The notes beneath the pieces were generated by a model. It saw only the letters and a program-made list of their open reading frames with translations. It had not been told where the DNA came from and ran no database searches. Made by a program: the position numbers and the translations under genes. 64,000 nucleotides of DNA, taken from positions 177,754,001 to 177,818,000 of the forward strand of contig NC_042998.1 in assembly GCF_006345805.1 (NCBI RefSeq). Reading direction: 5' to 3'. Of the stretch, positions 27,300 through 40,960 are shown one piece after another (position 1 is the first letter of the stretch; every line of letters begins with the position of its first letter). The stretch comes from Octopus sinensis (taxonomy: Eukaryota).

Positions 27300-28530
27300 G
27301 ACATTCCATTGGCCATGGCAGGATTTGAACTCAGAACACAAAAAGCCAGATACTGCATGGCATTTAGTCTGACATTCATACTGTTACTCCCATGCACTGC
27401 TCTGGCTAGGTACATTTTTATCGATTCCTAAAAGATGAAAGCAAAGTTGATCTCAGTGAGATTTGAACCTGGTGTACAGAAAGCTGAAACAAATACTGTG
27501 AGGCATTTTAACCAACACTCTAATAACTCAACCAATTCACCACCTTGTGTTATTATATAATTTACTTCTTTATATTCCAGCTTCCAAGCTTGTTTGTATG
27601 ATATATGACTCCCAACATTTCTATAGTTTCTTGCAAATATTTTACAGCTGGATGGTTTCCCTAATTCCAGTCACTCAAATAAATGAATTGACTGATGCAA
27701 GTAGAATGGAGTGTGTCTTTGGTATAGTAATATATTATAATGCAAGTCTTAAGAGTTGTTTGAGCATGAAGGTAAGGTCAGTAACATAGACAATAATTCA
27801 ACATTCATGTATTTGTAACCTATGTACCTCAATATATATAGTCAAGCAAAGAAACAAGCCTAAAGGCACAAATCAATAATATATTTTGGACAATGAAAAT
27901 AGTTAAGTTAAAAGTGTTGTATACAATCAAATATTAATAAAAATGATTATTTTAACAGACACAAAGCCATGCTATTGAAAGAAAGAACAGTCAAGTAAAT
28001 TGACTCCAATATTTGACTGGCTCTTTTTTGAGCACAGTAGGGACAAGGAGCAAAGCTGAACCTAGTAGCATTTAAACTCAGAATGTGAAATGACATAAGT
28101 AAATAACGTAAGGCAATTTAGCTACTGATTTTGCAGCCTTTAATAATAACTATTTTTAGTTGAGGCAAAAGGCCAGCAATTTTGAAGGGAAGGGGCTGGC
28201 TGATTACATTGACCCCAGTCACTGACTGGTATATTATTTTTTATGAACCCCAGAGGGATGAAAGGCAAAGATGAACTTGGCGGAACTTGAACTCAGAACA
28301 TAGGAAGTCAAAAGAAATAATGCAAGGCATTTTCACTGATGCTCTAATGATTCCACCAGTCCACTATGCTGCTGCTAATAATAATGATAATAACCATTTC
28401 TGTTATAGGCACAAAACCTGAAAGAAATTTGGAGGAAGGAGTGTAGTTAATTACATTGCCCCCAGTGCTCAACTGTACTTATTTTACTGACTCCGAAAAG
28501 ATGAGAAGTAAAGTTGACCATAGCAGGTCA
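27300..28530 (-). mobile_element. Cluster of about five degenerate type B SINEs
   Basis: Recurring gatgaaag(g)caaag...tgaactcagaa and ttacattgaccccag motifs. Confidence 0.7.
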
Positions 28531-29164
28531 AGTACTGATTAACAAGCTCATGCAAGTAACCACTGCATATAAAAAAAATTACTGCATTATAATTTCTTCA
28601 TAGAAATGTAATAGTAATAAAATCCAACCACATGCAATTTGATGATCAATTTCATATTTGCAAATCTTCATCAACACTATATTACTTTGTACACAAACTA
28701 TAAATCCTTCAGAGTCAGACTGTATCATATAAACATATCTAGACAAAAATGTGGAATTTAGGAATGTGACATGAAGCCTCAGTAAAAACAAGAATAAAAC
28801 TAATATTGCTGTGTTGTATGTTTGACATTAATGTTTCTTTTGTCTTCACATTAACAGAGATAAGAATTTTTTCTTCATTCATTTTACATTTGCAAAATGG
28901 AGTGTTTTGCAGGAAGACCTACATACCTCATTATTTATACTTACAGAGTAGAGTATGTGTTATGAGATTTAATCATATATGATCATGTTAGATTGTCCAG
29001 AACTGTAACTTCATGGCCAGTGTCTATAGTCAGCAGCAATTACAAGTCATGACCCTTGAATTGAATATTTATGTAAATGAAAAAATGTGCCATAAGAACA
29101 TTATAACAATCTACATGATTAAGAAATGTAATAGTTGCAGATTTCAGCATTTACCCCAACTCAC

Positions 29165-29208
29165 CTTTTCTGTCCCTCTATCCCTATTCTCTTTCTCAAA
29201 TTTACCTG

Positions 29209-29258
<50 letters not shown>
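29165..29258 (-). promoter_or_regulatory. Candidate recursive splice site with a 41-nt RS/poison exon (29165-29205)
   Basis: Minus strand: (CT)24 tract, ccccAG|GTAAATTTGAGAAAGAGAATAGGGATAGAGGGACAGAAAAG|GTGAGT. The acceptor is immediately followed by a donor, with a second consensus donor 41 nt downstream, in the DIP2 sense orientation. Confidence 0.45.
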
Positions 29259-29260
<2 letters not shown>

Positions 29261-29388
29261 TGATAAGGAGACAAGAGCAGGTATCTTGCTGAAGAGGTGA
29301 ACACATGGTTGAGAGAGAGAGAGATGTGAGGTTTACCTTACATCTCTCTCTCTTCAGCAAGATACCTACTCCTGTCCGTTTATCACAC
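29259..29388. mobile_element. About 130-bp foldback/MITE-like element
   Basis: tgtgataaggagacaagagcaggtatcttgctgaagag is the near reverse complement of ctcttcagcaagatacctactcctgtccgtttatcaca; inner arms gagagagatgtgagg / ccttacatctctctc. Confidence 0.7.
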
Positions 29389-29419
29389 TATTTGCTATCC
29401 CTCAATATCCCACCCAGTT

Positions 29420-29615
29420 GAAGGATCTTGTCTTCTGAGTACTTAGTAACCTCACCAGTGTTGGTGCCACAAAAAAATGAACCCAGTACACTCTAATGAA
29501 GTTTTGGCATTAGGAATGGCACCAAGCTGTTAAAAACCATGCCAGAGCAGGCACTGTTGATTGGCACAGCCTGCTGATCAGCATGAAGAAAAAGGACATT
29601 AATAATAATGATTAT
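29420..29615 (+). mobile_element. Degenerate RTE-type 3' tail
   Basis: acccagtacactc...ggcattaggaatggca... similar to other RTE tails. Confidence 0.6.
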
Positions 29616-32600
29616 ATATATCACCAGTGAATGCTTTCAATTATAAACCACAACAAATTCTAAAAGAAAAAATATCCTTGAACAACAAAATATATTTTCT
29701 TAAATATTTTCTTTTTCAGTAAGGTTTAGTTAATTCTGATATTCTTACTTCAATTGCCTTCTAAGTGGACTCATAAATGCTAGTGTGGAGTCTGTTAGTC
29801 ATGAATTTGTATCCTTCACTGGTATTGTATTCTTGTTTAGTTCCAGGTCATCCATGAATGAACAGACTTATGATCAAAGCTGTTACAACTATGACCAGCT
29901 ATGACACTTTTGAAGGAGTGCTGTATATAGAGAGTACAACTTGTAGTATGTCTCATCCAGTACAGTGTAGTATTGCAATGGTGAACTTCACTAAAAAACT
30001 GAAGAGCCCAGGTAGCATTAAAAAGTGACAGACTAAGTCTATAATCAAAGATATGTCACAGAATAAATGCATTTTAGAACCAGGATGAAGTTACATGCAA
30101 AAAGAATTGTTTGTACTAAAATTATCTTTGGATTTAAAAGGGACCAGGCTGCTAACATTTCTGATATTTTGGTAGATATCCTGGTTAATACGGCAACAGT
30201 GTTATGAAGCAATTGAGAAGATTCATTAATGATATACTTTCTGAAGATAGATGGTATATTTGAACGAGTAGATTGTGCCTCTACATGGCAATAACACACT
30301 GAATGGCGCCAGCAAATGCTTAAATAGGCATTAGTTAATGGAACAGAGGCAGATTGCTTGTTGATATTTCAGCTACCATAGTAGTGGGTAGGTAAACAAA
30401 GAGAAATGACATCTTATAGTGGGTGGCTGTGATGAGGTAATCTTTAGGAGTGGTGTATGCACTGCAAACAACTGGCAAAGAAACAAATAAAAAATTGTCA
30501 TGAGAACTAAAAACCTGAGTTTTTTTTTTATTTTATGCTTTTGTTTTATATATTTTAAGCTTTTGTAATCACAAGACAAAAACAAAACATTGATACTTTC
30601 ATGTGTAGCCTTTTAGCTATAAACTTATTTTACTTTCTCCTACACCTCATATGAACAATTCATTTAACAGAAGCTTCGTAATGATTCATATATCAATCTA
30701 GACAATCCCTTTATAGAAAATTGTACACTAACGTTATACAAAGGATTCTGAATAATCAACTCAACTTCCATATTTTGTCACACAAAATTGCATTCTGAAA
30801 ATAATGAAAATCTGATAAAAACAATTGATATCAGACAACAACAAAAATCTAGTAATATTTTTTTTAACTGTACTTATAACTTTTATCCTGTTGTTAATAA
30901 TGATAATGAGAAAAAAAATTAATAGTAACAACTCTCTTTGTAACTTACAATTTTGGTGGATATGAACAAAAGAAAAAAGTTCAAGAAAAACTTCATTCTT
31001 GGAAGATATTTAATATGACAGTAAGTTTTTGTCAACTAATGTAAAGATTGAAGAGACTGAAGAATTATAAACAAAAATACAATGTACCCTAAAACTTAGA
31101 GCTCTCAAAGAGACCTGATCAGCTTCTGACCCTCCAAAAATTCAAATTAGATCCAGAACACTGTTGCTGTTACAAACAAACATACGAGAATGAATGAATA
31201 TTCCCATCTTCAGAGCCAATGGATAGGGACCTCAGATACAACCACCATTCTTGTCCATACATTGTGTCTACACACTCTCCTAGCCTTCATATTTTCATGG
31301 GCCCTCATAGGTAATGAGGGTTTATGCTTGAAGCTGTCCTCCTAGTCTAGCTACCTTCCAAAGCAGCCAAACCGAAACCCCTTCTTCCCTGTCCAGGTTT
31401 TGTTCCAAAGCAAAGAATGCTCTCTACACACACTCTGAAAAAAGGCTATCCTTGTTGACACTGACATATTTGTTTGTCAGATATTATGAAGACTGTTATA
31501 CATGCACACACAAGACCATATAGAACATTGCATAAGTAAATATATAGACAGGATATGAAAAAAAAAACAATAATTAGACAAAGAGAGATAGAAATTGAAT
31601 GTACAATACAGGGTTTTTTTCTTTCTCTCTCTAATTACAAGTTCATAGACTTGTTAGATAAATAAATATATTTTAGATATGAATCATTACTCACTGTCAC
31701 ATGCCCCAATTCACAATTATCAGAGAATTGTCCAGTATTCATTGGGCAGTATATAAAAGTATAACTGACAATCCCTAAACTTAAAAATTGTTAATTCCAT
31801 ACATGAACACAAAAACATGTCAAAGTTTATTTTTAAAATGCTGTATTTTAAGCATTTTGTTCTGTATTAAAATTTTTGCATAAATAAACAGTCATACTTT
31901 TATATCCTAATTTATAACTGAGTTTGAAAGCACAGTTCAAACAGTGCAAATGAATTAACTACCATAAATGAATTGGCAAACTACGAGTCATTTCCGGATT
32001 TCTTTAACTTTATCTCCTACCATTGCAGAATGATCGTGGTTCAACAATGAATGAATAAATTTGAACATGCTTCAAGCTATAATCAACATAATTCATTGTA
32101 AATTTTTATATAATCTGGTTACAATGAGCAATGCAGTTTAATTAAACTGAATTGTTCTGAAACAATAATTAAAACAAATGTTTAAAAACTTTATCTCATA
32201 ATAAAAAAAAAGGAAAGAAAGAAACATATAAAACACTTTATTGGCAATTGCTAGTAAATATTGAGAATTTTCTATGTAATCATCATCATCAAAATTAAGC
32301 TAACTCTTTCTGTGCCTTCATTTGCTGTAATGACTTCTGTTCCACTCTCAAGTCAAACATAGTCTTCAAACAGTTGTACAGACTGCTAGAAATAGCAGCC
32401 AAATCTCCCTCAAATCACATCCTAACATCTTTGAAAAGAAAGGACACATTAAATAATGTAGTCTAAGAGAGATTATGTCCAAAATTGAGTTGTTCACAAC
32501 TAGGATGCCTCTGATCTTAGGGGTCTGATTTAGACAGAGAAACAACAGCAAATCTTATTTCAAAAGCTACGGGCACTGCACCTGCTTCTCAACAGAATAC

Positions 32601-33693
32601 AAAATTATACTTACTAAGTATATTTAACTACAATCTCTGACAATAAGAAACTGAATAAGTTTTAAATTTAAACAGTTTATAGCCTGAATGCACAAGTGAA
32701 ATTGCCACCTTAATTTACTTCTCTGTAATGCGCTGAAATTTTAAGATCAAATAGAAGTTAAATTCTTATCATCATTTTGTTTAGTTCAAATTGCTGTGGA
32801 GAGGGAGGTGGGTAAGAGAAAGGTGGAGAGAGAAGAGTTAAGAAATAAAACAGTCCAAATGGATTTTATCCCCATGATTAGAATGCAAGCATAAATTATC
32901 TTGTAAATAGCTTTTATTAGCCTAAAGCTGATATTTTATTGGCTTGCAATTACTATCTGCACTGCAACATAATTGACCAAATCAACAACCAATCACAAGA
33001 TTGAAGACACACATCAATATTCAAACACATACATACGCAATAATATTTGAGAAAAAAAATATAATAAAAGTAGTTTGATACATGCAAAAATTGTTGATAT
33101 TTAGGACTATAAATAACATTCTGATTTTTCTTTTCTTTGTTATATAATACTTGGCAAATTAAATATTTAAAAAATATTTCAGGAAATAATTTAAGAAAAA
33201 AGTTTTGACTTTTTATTTAAAAACAAATGCATTTCAATCACAGAATTTCACTTTGAACAGTTAAATGAATGTTTCTTAGTTTTAGAATATATGAAATGGG
33301 GTGGTGGGGAATGTCAGGGATATCACTGAGCTAGACTTAAAGACTCTTCTGGAGTTGAGGAATGATATAGTTGGATAAATATGAGCATTGAGTGAATGGT
33401 GGTAGGTTAATATTTGGTGGGAATTGTTGGTAAAGAGTTACTGAAGGATAGTTTCTAGTTAACCCTTCAACATTAAGCACAGAAAGGTAACTAGTTTCTA
33501 CAGCTGAGCTCCACATACAGAACACATAAGAAACATGTATCTCAAATAAAGAGAGAATAACTAAATGCTACTAAAAGGAAAGACTGAAAAATTGAGGATA
33601 ATACGTATAAATGATAATCAGGGAATCTAAAACAGATAATGCAACACCAATATGGCCAGCTGATAGAGAACCAAATGGCCCTTATTTGAGATA

Positions 33694-34965
33694 CAAAGTG
33701 GTGTCAAAAAGTTCCCAGACTAGTTTTGTAGCATGCCAACAGATGGCAGCACATGGTTGTGTGCACAGTGATAGCTAGTAGTGACTTTCATGAAGCAGTG
33801 AGCTGAGTGACATCACTGCTTACTTTGTGGTTGTGAAATTTGTGTTTGTGTGATTACGTGTATGCTGTAGTCTGCGATTTTACCTTGGACAGGAAGACAG
33901 AACAAAGAGCCAACATGAAACTTTGCATTAAACTTAAGATGTCTACAACAGAGCCATTGAGTATGCTTTAGCAAGCTTATAGCGATGAGGCAATGGGTCA
34001 TAAGTAACGTTTTGAGTGACATGGGCACTTCAAAAGAAGAAGAACATCTCTGGAAGACAATGAGCAATCTGGAAGACTTGCCATGAGTGTCACCCCCGAA
34101 AATGAGGAAAAACTTGTGCACAAGGATCATCGAAGGACAATCAACAACATTGCTGATGTTGTTGGTCTGTCATATGGGTCTGTGCAAGCAATCCTAACAT
34201 CTGAATTGGACATGCAGCAAGTCTATGCCAAGTTTGTCCCCTGCCTGCTGTCTACTGAGCAGAAAGAACATTGCAAAGTCTGTCAAAATCTCCGTCAGTG
34301 TGTTGCCGATGACCTATCCTTCATGTCAAGGATCATCACTGGTGACTTAGGTCTATAGGTATGACTCTCAGATGAAGCAACAGTTGTTACAATGAAAGGG
34401 CCCTTAATCTCCATGACCAAAGAAAGCACAACAGAGCCACAGCTCAATCAAAATCATGCTCATAATTTTTTTCAACATCTCCCAGGGTCAAACCTTCAAT
34501 CAAGAGTTTTACTGTGACATTTTGAAGCATTTGAGAGAGAACATTTGGCGAAAGCAACCAGATCTGTGGAGCGCGAAGAATTGGATTTTTCACAATGACA
34601 ATGCACCCTGTCACCGATCTCTCCTCACTCATGAGTTTCTTGCCAAAAACAACATGGTACCACTTCCACACCTGCCCTATTCGCCAGATTTAGCATCTGC
34701 AAACTTCCATCACTTTCCCAAGACGAAAATGCAGCTGAAAGGTCACCGTTTTAACACTCGTATTGATCAAGAGCGAATTGCAGAAGGTCCTTGATTCACT
34801 TTTGGAAAACAACTTCCAGACCGGATTCCAAAAGTGGCAGGAATGCTGGAACCAGTGTATTGCTGTGCAAAGTGACTATTTCAAAAGAGATGATGTTAAA
34901 ACTTAGGTAAATAAGTTATTTTCAATTAAACATAACTAGTCCAGGAACTTTTTGATACCACTTCA
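33694..34965 (+). mobile_element. Full-length (1272 bp) decayed mariner (Tc1/mariner) DNA transposon
   Basis: TA flanks at 33692-33693 and 34966-34967; inverted termini caaagtggtgtcaaaaagttcccagactagt / actagtccaggaactttttgataccacttca. Confidence 0.93.
33890..34908 (+). pseudogene. Mariner transposase pseudogene (DD34D type)
   Basis: EQRANMKLC...SLEDNEQSGR, IITGD, WIFHNDNAPCH and PYSPDLAS motifs lie in different frames with several stops. Confidence 0.9.
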
Positions 34966-36724
34966 TAAATCACTATCATTTCCTACTTGAAATCTTCAAA
35001 TAACTTCCAATCATCCACTTGATATATTTGATCAAATTCCTGTTGATCTTTAGAATCTTCTAAAATTTGCAGCACCTTACTATTTGTAACCAATTTACAC
35101 CTCTGTCTTTTCTCTCCAAGAGAATTCAGCTGCAATGAGTTTCAGAGTCAAAATATTGAGAAAAACACTCAAAACAATACCATAAATAGCACTCTCTGCA
35201 AGTAAATATTTGTTAACAGCCTCATTACTGATGGCCTGTCTTTTTTCTGTATGACATATAGCTTTTGGACTGAATAGATTTTAACATAGAATTGACCAAA
35301 CCCCATTATATCGGAAATGTAGTTGAGTATCATGCCTGAAAATCCAGGTTAACTAAGAGTACAATCAGAGTAAATTAACAAACTACTTGCTGAAGACTGT
35401 GTAATAATTATTATAGTGTTCTAAATCTATAAACCAGGAAATCTTAAATTATTAGAGTATGTATGCATGAAAAGGAAAATAGATGGCTGATCAAAGTTTA
35501 AAATGAAGGGCACAGACAAAATAACAGAAAGATCATGACCCAAACAAGTTTATGCTGTAATGGCACAAAATACACACAATGTGCAGACCATATTTATACA
35601 AGCTGATGGGTTAGTGTTACACAAAACCTAAATAAATGGAAAATTAGAGAGATGAAATGTATTAAACAGACATTTCTTACTGTAGTACACAATAAATCTT
35701 AAATGTTACATAAAAGAGTGATATAAAATATTCATTATAATCTGCTTCTTATAAAGTTTGAGAGTAGTAAGTTATTTGAGGTAGTTGATAATTCCAGGGG
35801 ACAGCATGAATAAGAAGAATCATTTGTTAGCTATATACATATAATCATTCAATCTGGTTCCAGCCACCAGTCTGCGTTCGACCATAGTGGGTCTCCATTT
35901 TTTATGCAATTTTTTTAGTACAAAAGGAACAAATAGAAATCAATTCGATTGTTATTGTTTAGTTCTAGGCTGGTCCTGATCAAGCAGGCCTAAGAATGCT
36001 AATGTATGATGAGAGGGAAGGTGGTTACTATTTTTAACAGGATGAGTGATTTCATAATGGGTTCCTTTGTTAACTAAAAAAAAACCAAGTCATCAACATC
36101 ATATGTCCACTTCTCCATGCCAGGAAGAAATAAAAGAATTTAAAGTATCTTTTAAATACTTTTTGTCTATCAAAAAGCAATTCAAATAACAAAAAATTAT
36201 GTTCTCAAGTTTTAACTGCAACAGTAAACTATAACAAATCACTTGCTTAACTCACTCTAGCTGAAAAATAGGTATTACATGAAGTAATTGTTCAATAGCT
36301 ACTATAAGGAAGAGTATTAGACTGTATAATATTGATAGAAAAAAATCTAATTTTAACTTTTCAACTGATGCTAGCATAGAATTAATATACTCATTATCAC
36401 ACTCATCATAAATAAGTATATGAAGGAAAATTACATTTTAGAATAAAAGTTTTTTCTCTAAAGTGAAAGCAAGAGAACAAATAAATTCTAATTATTATAT
36501 AAATTAGATTGGATGAAATTTTATATGTAATAAATATATGGGTATGTTCATTTACCTGTACCAATGAATTTAGTTCCATTTTGTTATAAATAATAAAATT
36601 AGCTCATAACTTTTATAGTTAGTTAATCTACTAATTTTTCTATATATAGTAAAAAAAAATGTAAACAGTGACTTCATTTGTATATACAAAAATGGAAGTT
36701 TGTAATTGACTTGAAATAGTTTCA

Positions 36725-36875
36725 TTAAAAAGGCATCCAGCCATAACAACCATACCAAAACTGAAATAGGAGCTTGACAGCCTTGTAGCTTGACAGGTCC
36801 TTTCAAATTGTCCAACCCACATCAGTGTAGACAGAAGATATTGTTGTTACTACTGCTGCTGATGATGTCAATGAT
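36725..36875 (+). mobile_element. Degenerate RTE 3' tail
   Basis: aaaaggcatccagccataacaacc...gtccaaccca similar to other tails. Confidence 0.6.
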
Positions 36876-39800
36876 GAAAAAGCTTATAAATAGTAATATT
36901 CAAACTGTTTCTGAGATGTCATGGGGATAGATTAAATTAATACCAAACATCAGCCTTATACTCATAATTGTGATTATGAAATAAAAACTACATGAATACT
37001 GGCTGAATCATGCAATCAACAACAGTAAAATAAAGTACATCTTGTATCATTTCATTCAAATTTATATTAATTTTGCTAAACTTTGAGGCATCAATTATTG
37101 TTTGAAAACAAACTACCTCTTCAGATAATTATTATGGGCTGGTTCAGCATAACTTACTAGCTTGTGTGCCCTTGTTTCACACAATTATCTGTTTCTTATG
37201 TAACTAATTTATCTTGATCACTGTTACTGATGAGAAATAAGCTTTATTTTTCAGTCATATTCCCTGTTGGCAATATACTGAGTATCTACTTGATTGTTGG
37301 TTATATATTTTGCAGTACAGTAAAACTAACTTCCAAAAATATTAACTTAAAGTTCCTGTCTTGGAGTCAGACAGTAGTAAAAATATACAGTCTAATTTAA
37401 TGTCTATCAAACCTGGTCATGAAAATTCTTCCCATAGAATGAAAGCATAAAGCATATTTTAAGATTTAACCATTAATTCATAAAAGTTATGTAATAAGTG
37501 TTGCTTCATTAATGGATAGGACAAGACAGATAATCCGATGAGGAAAGTCTCTATGCAGTCATTCAACATGCTAGAAATAGCAACCAAATATCCCTCAGAT
37601 CATATCCTACCAATTTAAAAAGGAAGGCTTACTCAAGCTAAACAGCAACAACAGGATATAGATAACCATATTAAAAGGTAAATTTTGGCAAGTAGCAGAA
37701 AATTAATTACAAGAGCTTTAAATCTTACTTGAATTAACAGTATGGGACAAAAGTAAGACTACATAATAAGGTAGAAGGCCATAGAGATGTATAATTATTG
37801 TTAGCTATTTTATTGACCATTCTAAGTAAAAGGCCAATTGATCAAATTTCAACCTAGCCTCTTAATGCATTCAGTCTTCTTGTAGTATATGAACCTTAAG
37901 ATTATAATGACCTTCTATATAGATGTGAAACCAAAGAAATCTAAAAGAGAAATAAAAAGCAGTAATGTTCAAGCGATATTCTAAGTGTCAAAATAGTTAC
38001 AAGTGAGAATTGAACCAAAATTTGGTTACATTACCCTATTTTCACAATACCACCCACCCTAAGTGGATGATAATGACCTATGATGGTGATAATGATTTTG
38101 ATAAAAAATCAGTCAATCGGGTTCGATATCAAACAATGAACATTAATGTAACTTTTACCAGCATTATGTACAAGAAAAGCAGGAGTCAATAAGACAGTCT
38201 ATACATCTGTGATTTAAGCTGCAACAAATAGTGGCCAAATCTCCCCAAAATCACATTCAACCATCGTTAAAAAAGTGGAGAAAAGAAACACTGGACAATG
38301 TAATCATAAATACACAAAAACTACATGATGGTTACAAATGGAGAACCTGTAACTATAGTTTTGCTCAATCAAAGCTGACAAGCTGAAAAGGCAATAACAA
38401 GATAAAACAAGATATTGTAACAATCATAGTCAATGAAATGTTAAAATGATAGTAATGAAAAGAATGCTGCTAGGATGGTGGTGGCAGTTATTATAATAAC
38501 AGTGAGGATAAATACATAATTTTCCCTTACATCTGATGCTAATGTAGATGAGGTAACAAACAAATAGTAATATAATCTTGTATAAAACATCAATATACAA
38601 TCACAAAGATAATTATCATCGATGATGATGATGATGTTGACATGTCAAAACTTGCATCCAAATCTTTATAACATTCGTTAGATAGATTTAAGCTACATTG
38701 TTCAATATTCATATTAATACCCGAGTTTAGATTTTACTGCTTAGCAACAATTTCAGAATGTATCCAGGTTTTGATGTTTCACAAGAAATTAAATGCCATG
38801 AACTATGGAATACCAGCCACCAAAATATGCTAAATAGAAAGAGAGCCCATTCAGGGATATCAATGAAGTATATGTTTCTCTGCAAAGAGGGGTGGGGTGA
38901 GATTAATCAACTCATTTAAATATTGGTAATTTTCTCAGTTTCCTTACTTACAAGGTTCTTATCTTCAACAAATGGAAGGTTAAAGCAAAGATGAGGAATT
39001 CTAGGATGCTATGATGAGAAAAAATGGCTACTCTATTAGATGAACTCTTCATTTAAAGAATGAGATAATATAAGGAAATATTCCTTAGAAACCAACACAA
39101 CAGACAACAATGTTTTGCTTTGCTTGTGCAGACTGCCTGTCTCCTCAAATTATAGTGACTCTATAACTTATAGTGACTCAGGAAACTACTAAAGAACTTA
39201 CTTGCACATATTACAGCTTAGAATCCATTGCTATCAACAGTACTTCAAATGAACCTTCAGTCAAGTATCAGCTAGTTAAAGGTCTGTGGATGTTTAGTGA
39301 AGATAGGAGAAGCCATATCTTGAAACAAGCACATTCTTTCACTTTACTATATATATATTTAACAGACAACCTACCTCTGATGTATAAATTTTAAGATGAA
39401 GATCGACAAACCAAAAGAAGTCTACTTTATGAAACCAATAGCAACAGAGACACCTCTTTCTTTTGGTAAGACCGAGGTTTTAGTGAAATATGTAAATAAT
39501 TGATTTAAAAGAAAGCATAGTTCAACAAAAGTCATTCTATATGAAAATAAAATTTCAAATTGTAGACAACAAGCATGAGTCACTAGGTCACAAATAAATA
39601 AATGGATGACAGAGTTTGTTCATTTGTTAATCAAACAACATTGAAACATACATCTTCAATCTATCAATGTTACACAGACAAAACTAAACAATAGAAATTG
39701 TTATATTTTTCTATTTCAACTTGTCAACTCTTTATAATACTAATTCACTTGGCACAGCATTCATTAACTCTATTAGACTATTAATTTGAGAAATTCTGAA

Positions 39801-40479
39801 TAACTAACTGTATCTGAAAGTTTTAGATGCATTCAGAACATTTGGTTGCCTTGTTATATTATCACTAGCAAAGGTACAAATAGCAGCTATTTATATAACT
39901 GAGGATAGTTCTGAAGAAACTATTACTAGAAGTAATGGTCCCAAGATAATTCTTTGAGGTACTCCATTCAGAATTACTGAATCTTTTGAATGAAAACAGT
40001 TGACTGTAACAGCTTGACTTCTCCGAAAGCAAGTCTAAATTAGTTGAAAATATTACCTTGCATGGAAATAGGTAAAGGTTGGCAACAAAGAGCATTCAGC
40101 TATCTAACCCAACAAATTTGATTTGATGCATGCAAGCATGGAAAAGTAGCTGTTAAAATTATGAAGATGTGTGTACAGTGTGTAAAATAAAATGAAATCC
40201 AAAGAGGCTGACAAGATTTGTATTAATTTTAAAAATCAACAGAGTACAGTGAAATTACTATTTGGATTGGAACTAGTGATAACCAGTAAACTAAAAAATC
40301 TTTTGAAAAACAAGTAAGGGTTGGTGATAAGAAGGGCATCCAGCTTAAATAAGTCTTTGTCCAACCTATGCCACTATGGAAGAGTGAATGTACAAAACAA
40401 ACTGAAATACATATACATACATATACATATGTACACATATATGCAAACATAAACAGACAAACATCATCATTTTGCAGGT

Positions 40480-40960
40480 CTTCACCAGTATAGCATCTTG
40501 CTGCATGTTACTGCCCCTTGTCATTTATGTGAAGCTCCACCTAAAATCTTTACAACTTCTTTCTGTCTTCTTCCACTGAGGTCACTTGAATCTTTTTCAA
40601 CCAACTATCTTTCTTATGCATTATATAACCATAACAGCCCAGTTTTCTCATACCCAATATTTCCTCCACTTCATGTACTGTCACTCATGTTAACATTATA
40701 TATCCAGCAGAACATGTTCACCTCATTTTTAATCATCCATCACAGTCAATGCACATGTACAATACACTTTACACATAAACAATCAGTCTTTTAACTGGAG
40801 AGGAAGCCCTTTTTTGCCAATGAGGTAATAGCTTCAAAATATTTTCTAACCCCATACTTAATATGATTTTGCAACACCAATAGTCAACTGCTGATTTTGT
40901 CCAGCTTGCTCAAACTCATTGGTTAAATTATCATTTTCTTGAAATTAGCTCCACGAAAGT
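40480..40960 (-). mobile_element. Old RTE ORF C-terminal fragment
   Basis: Decayed reverse similarity to 19830-20330. Confidence 0.5.

Noticed and set aside
36545-36575. Another minus-strand tacAG|GTAAAT recursive-like motif
   Set aside because: No polypyrimidine tract and no downstream donor; expected by chance.
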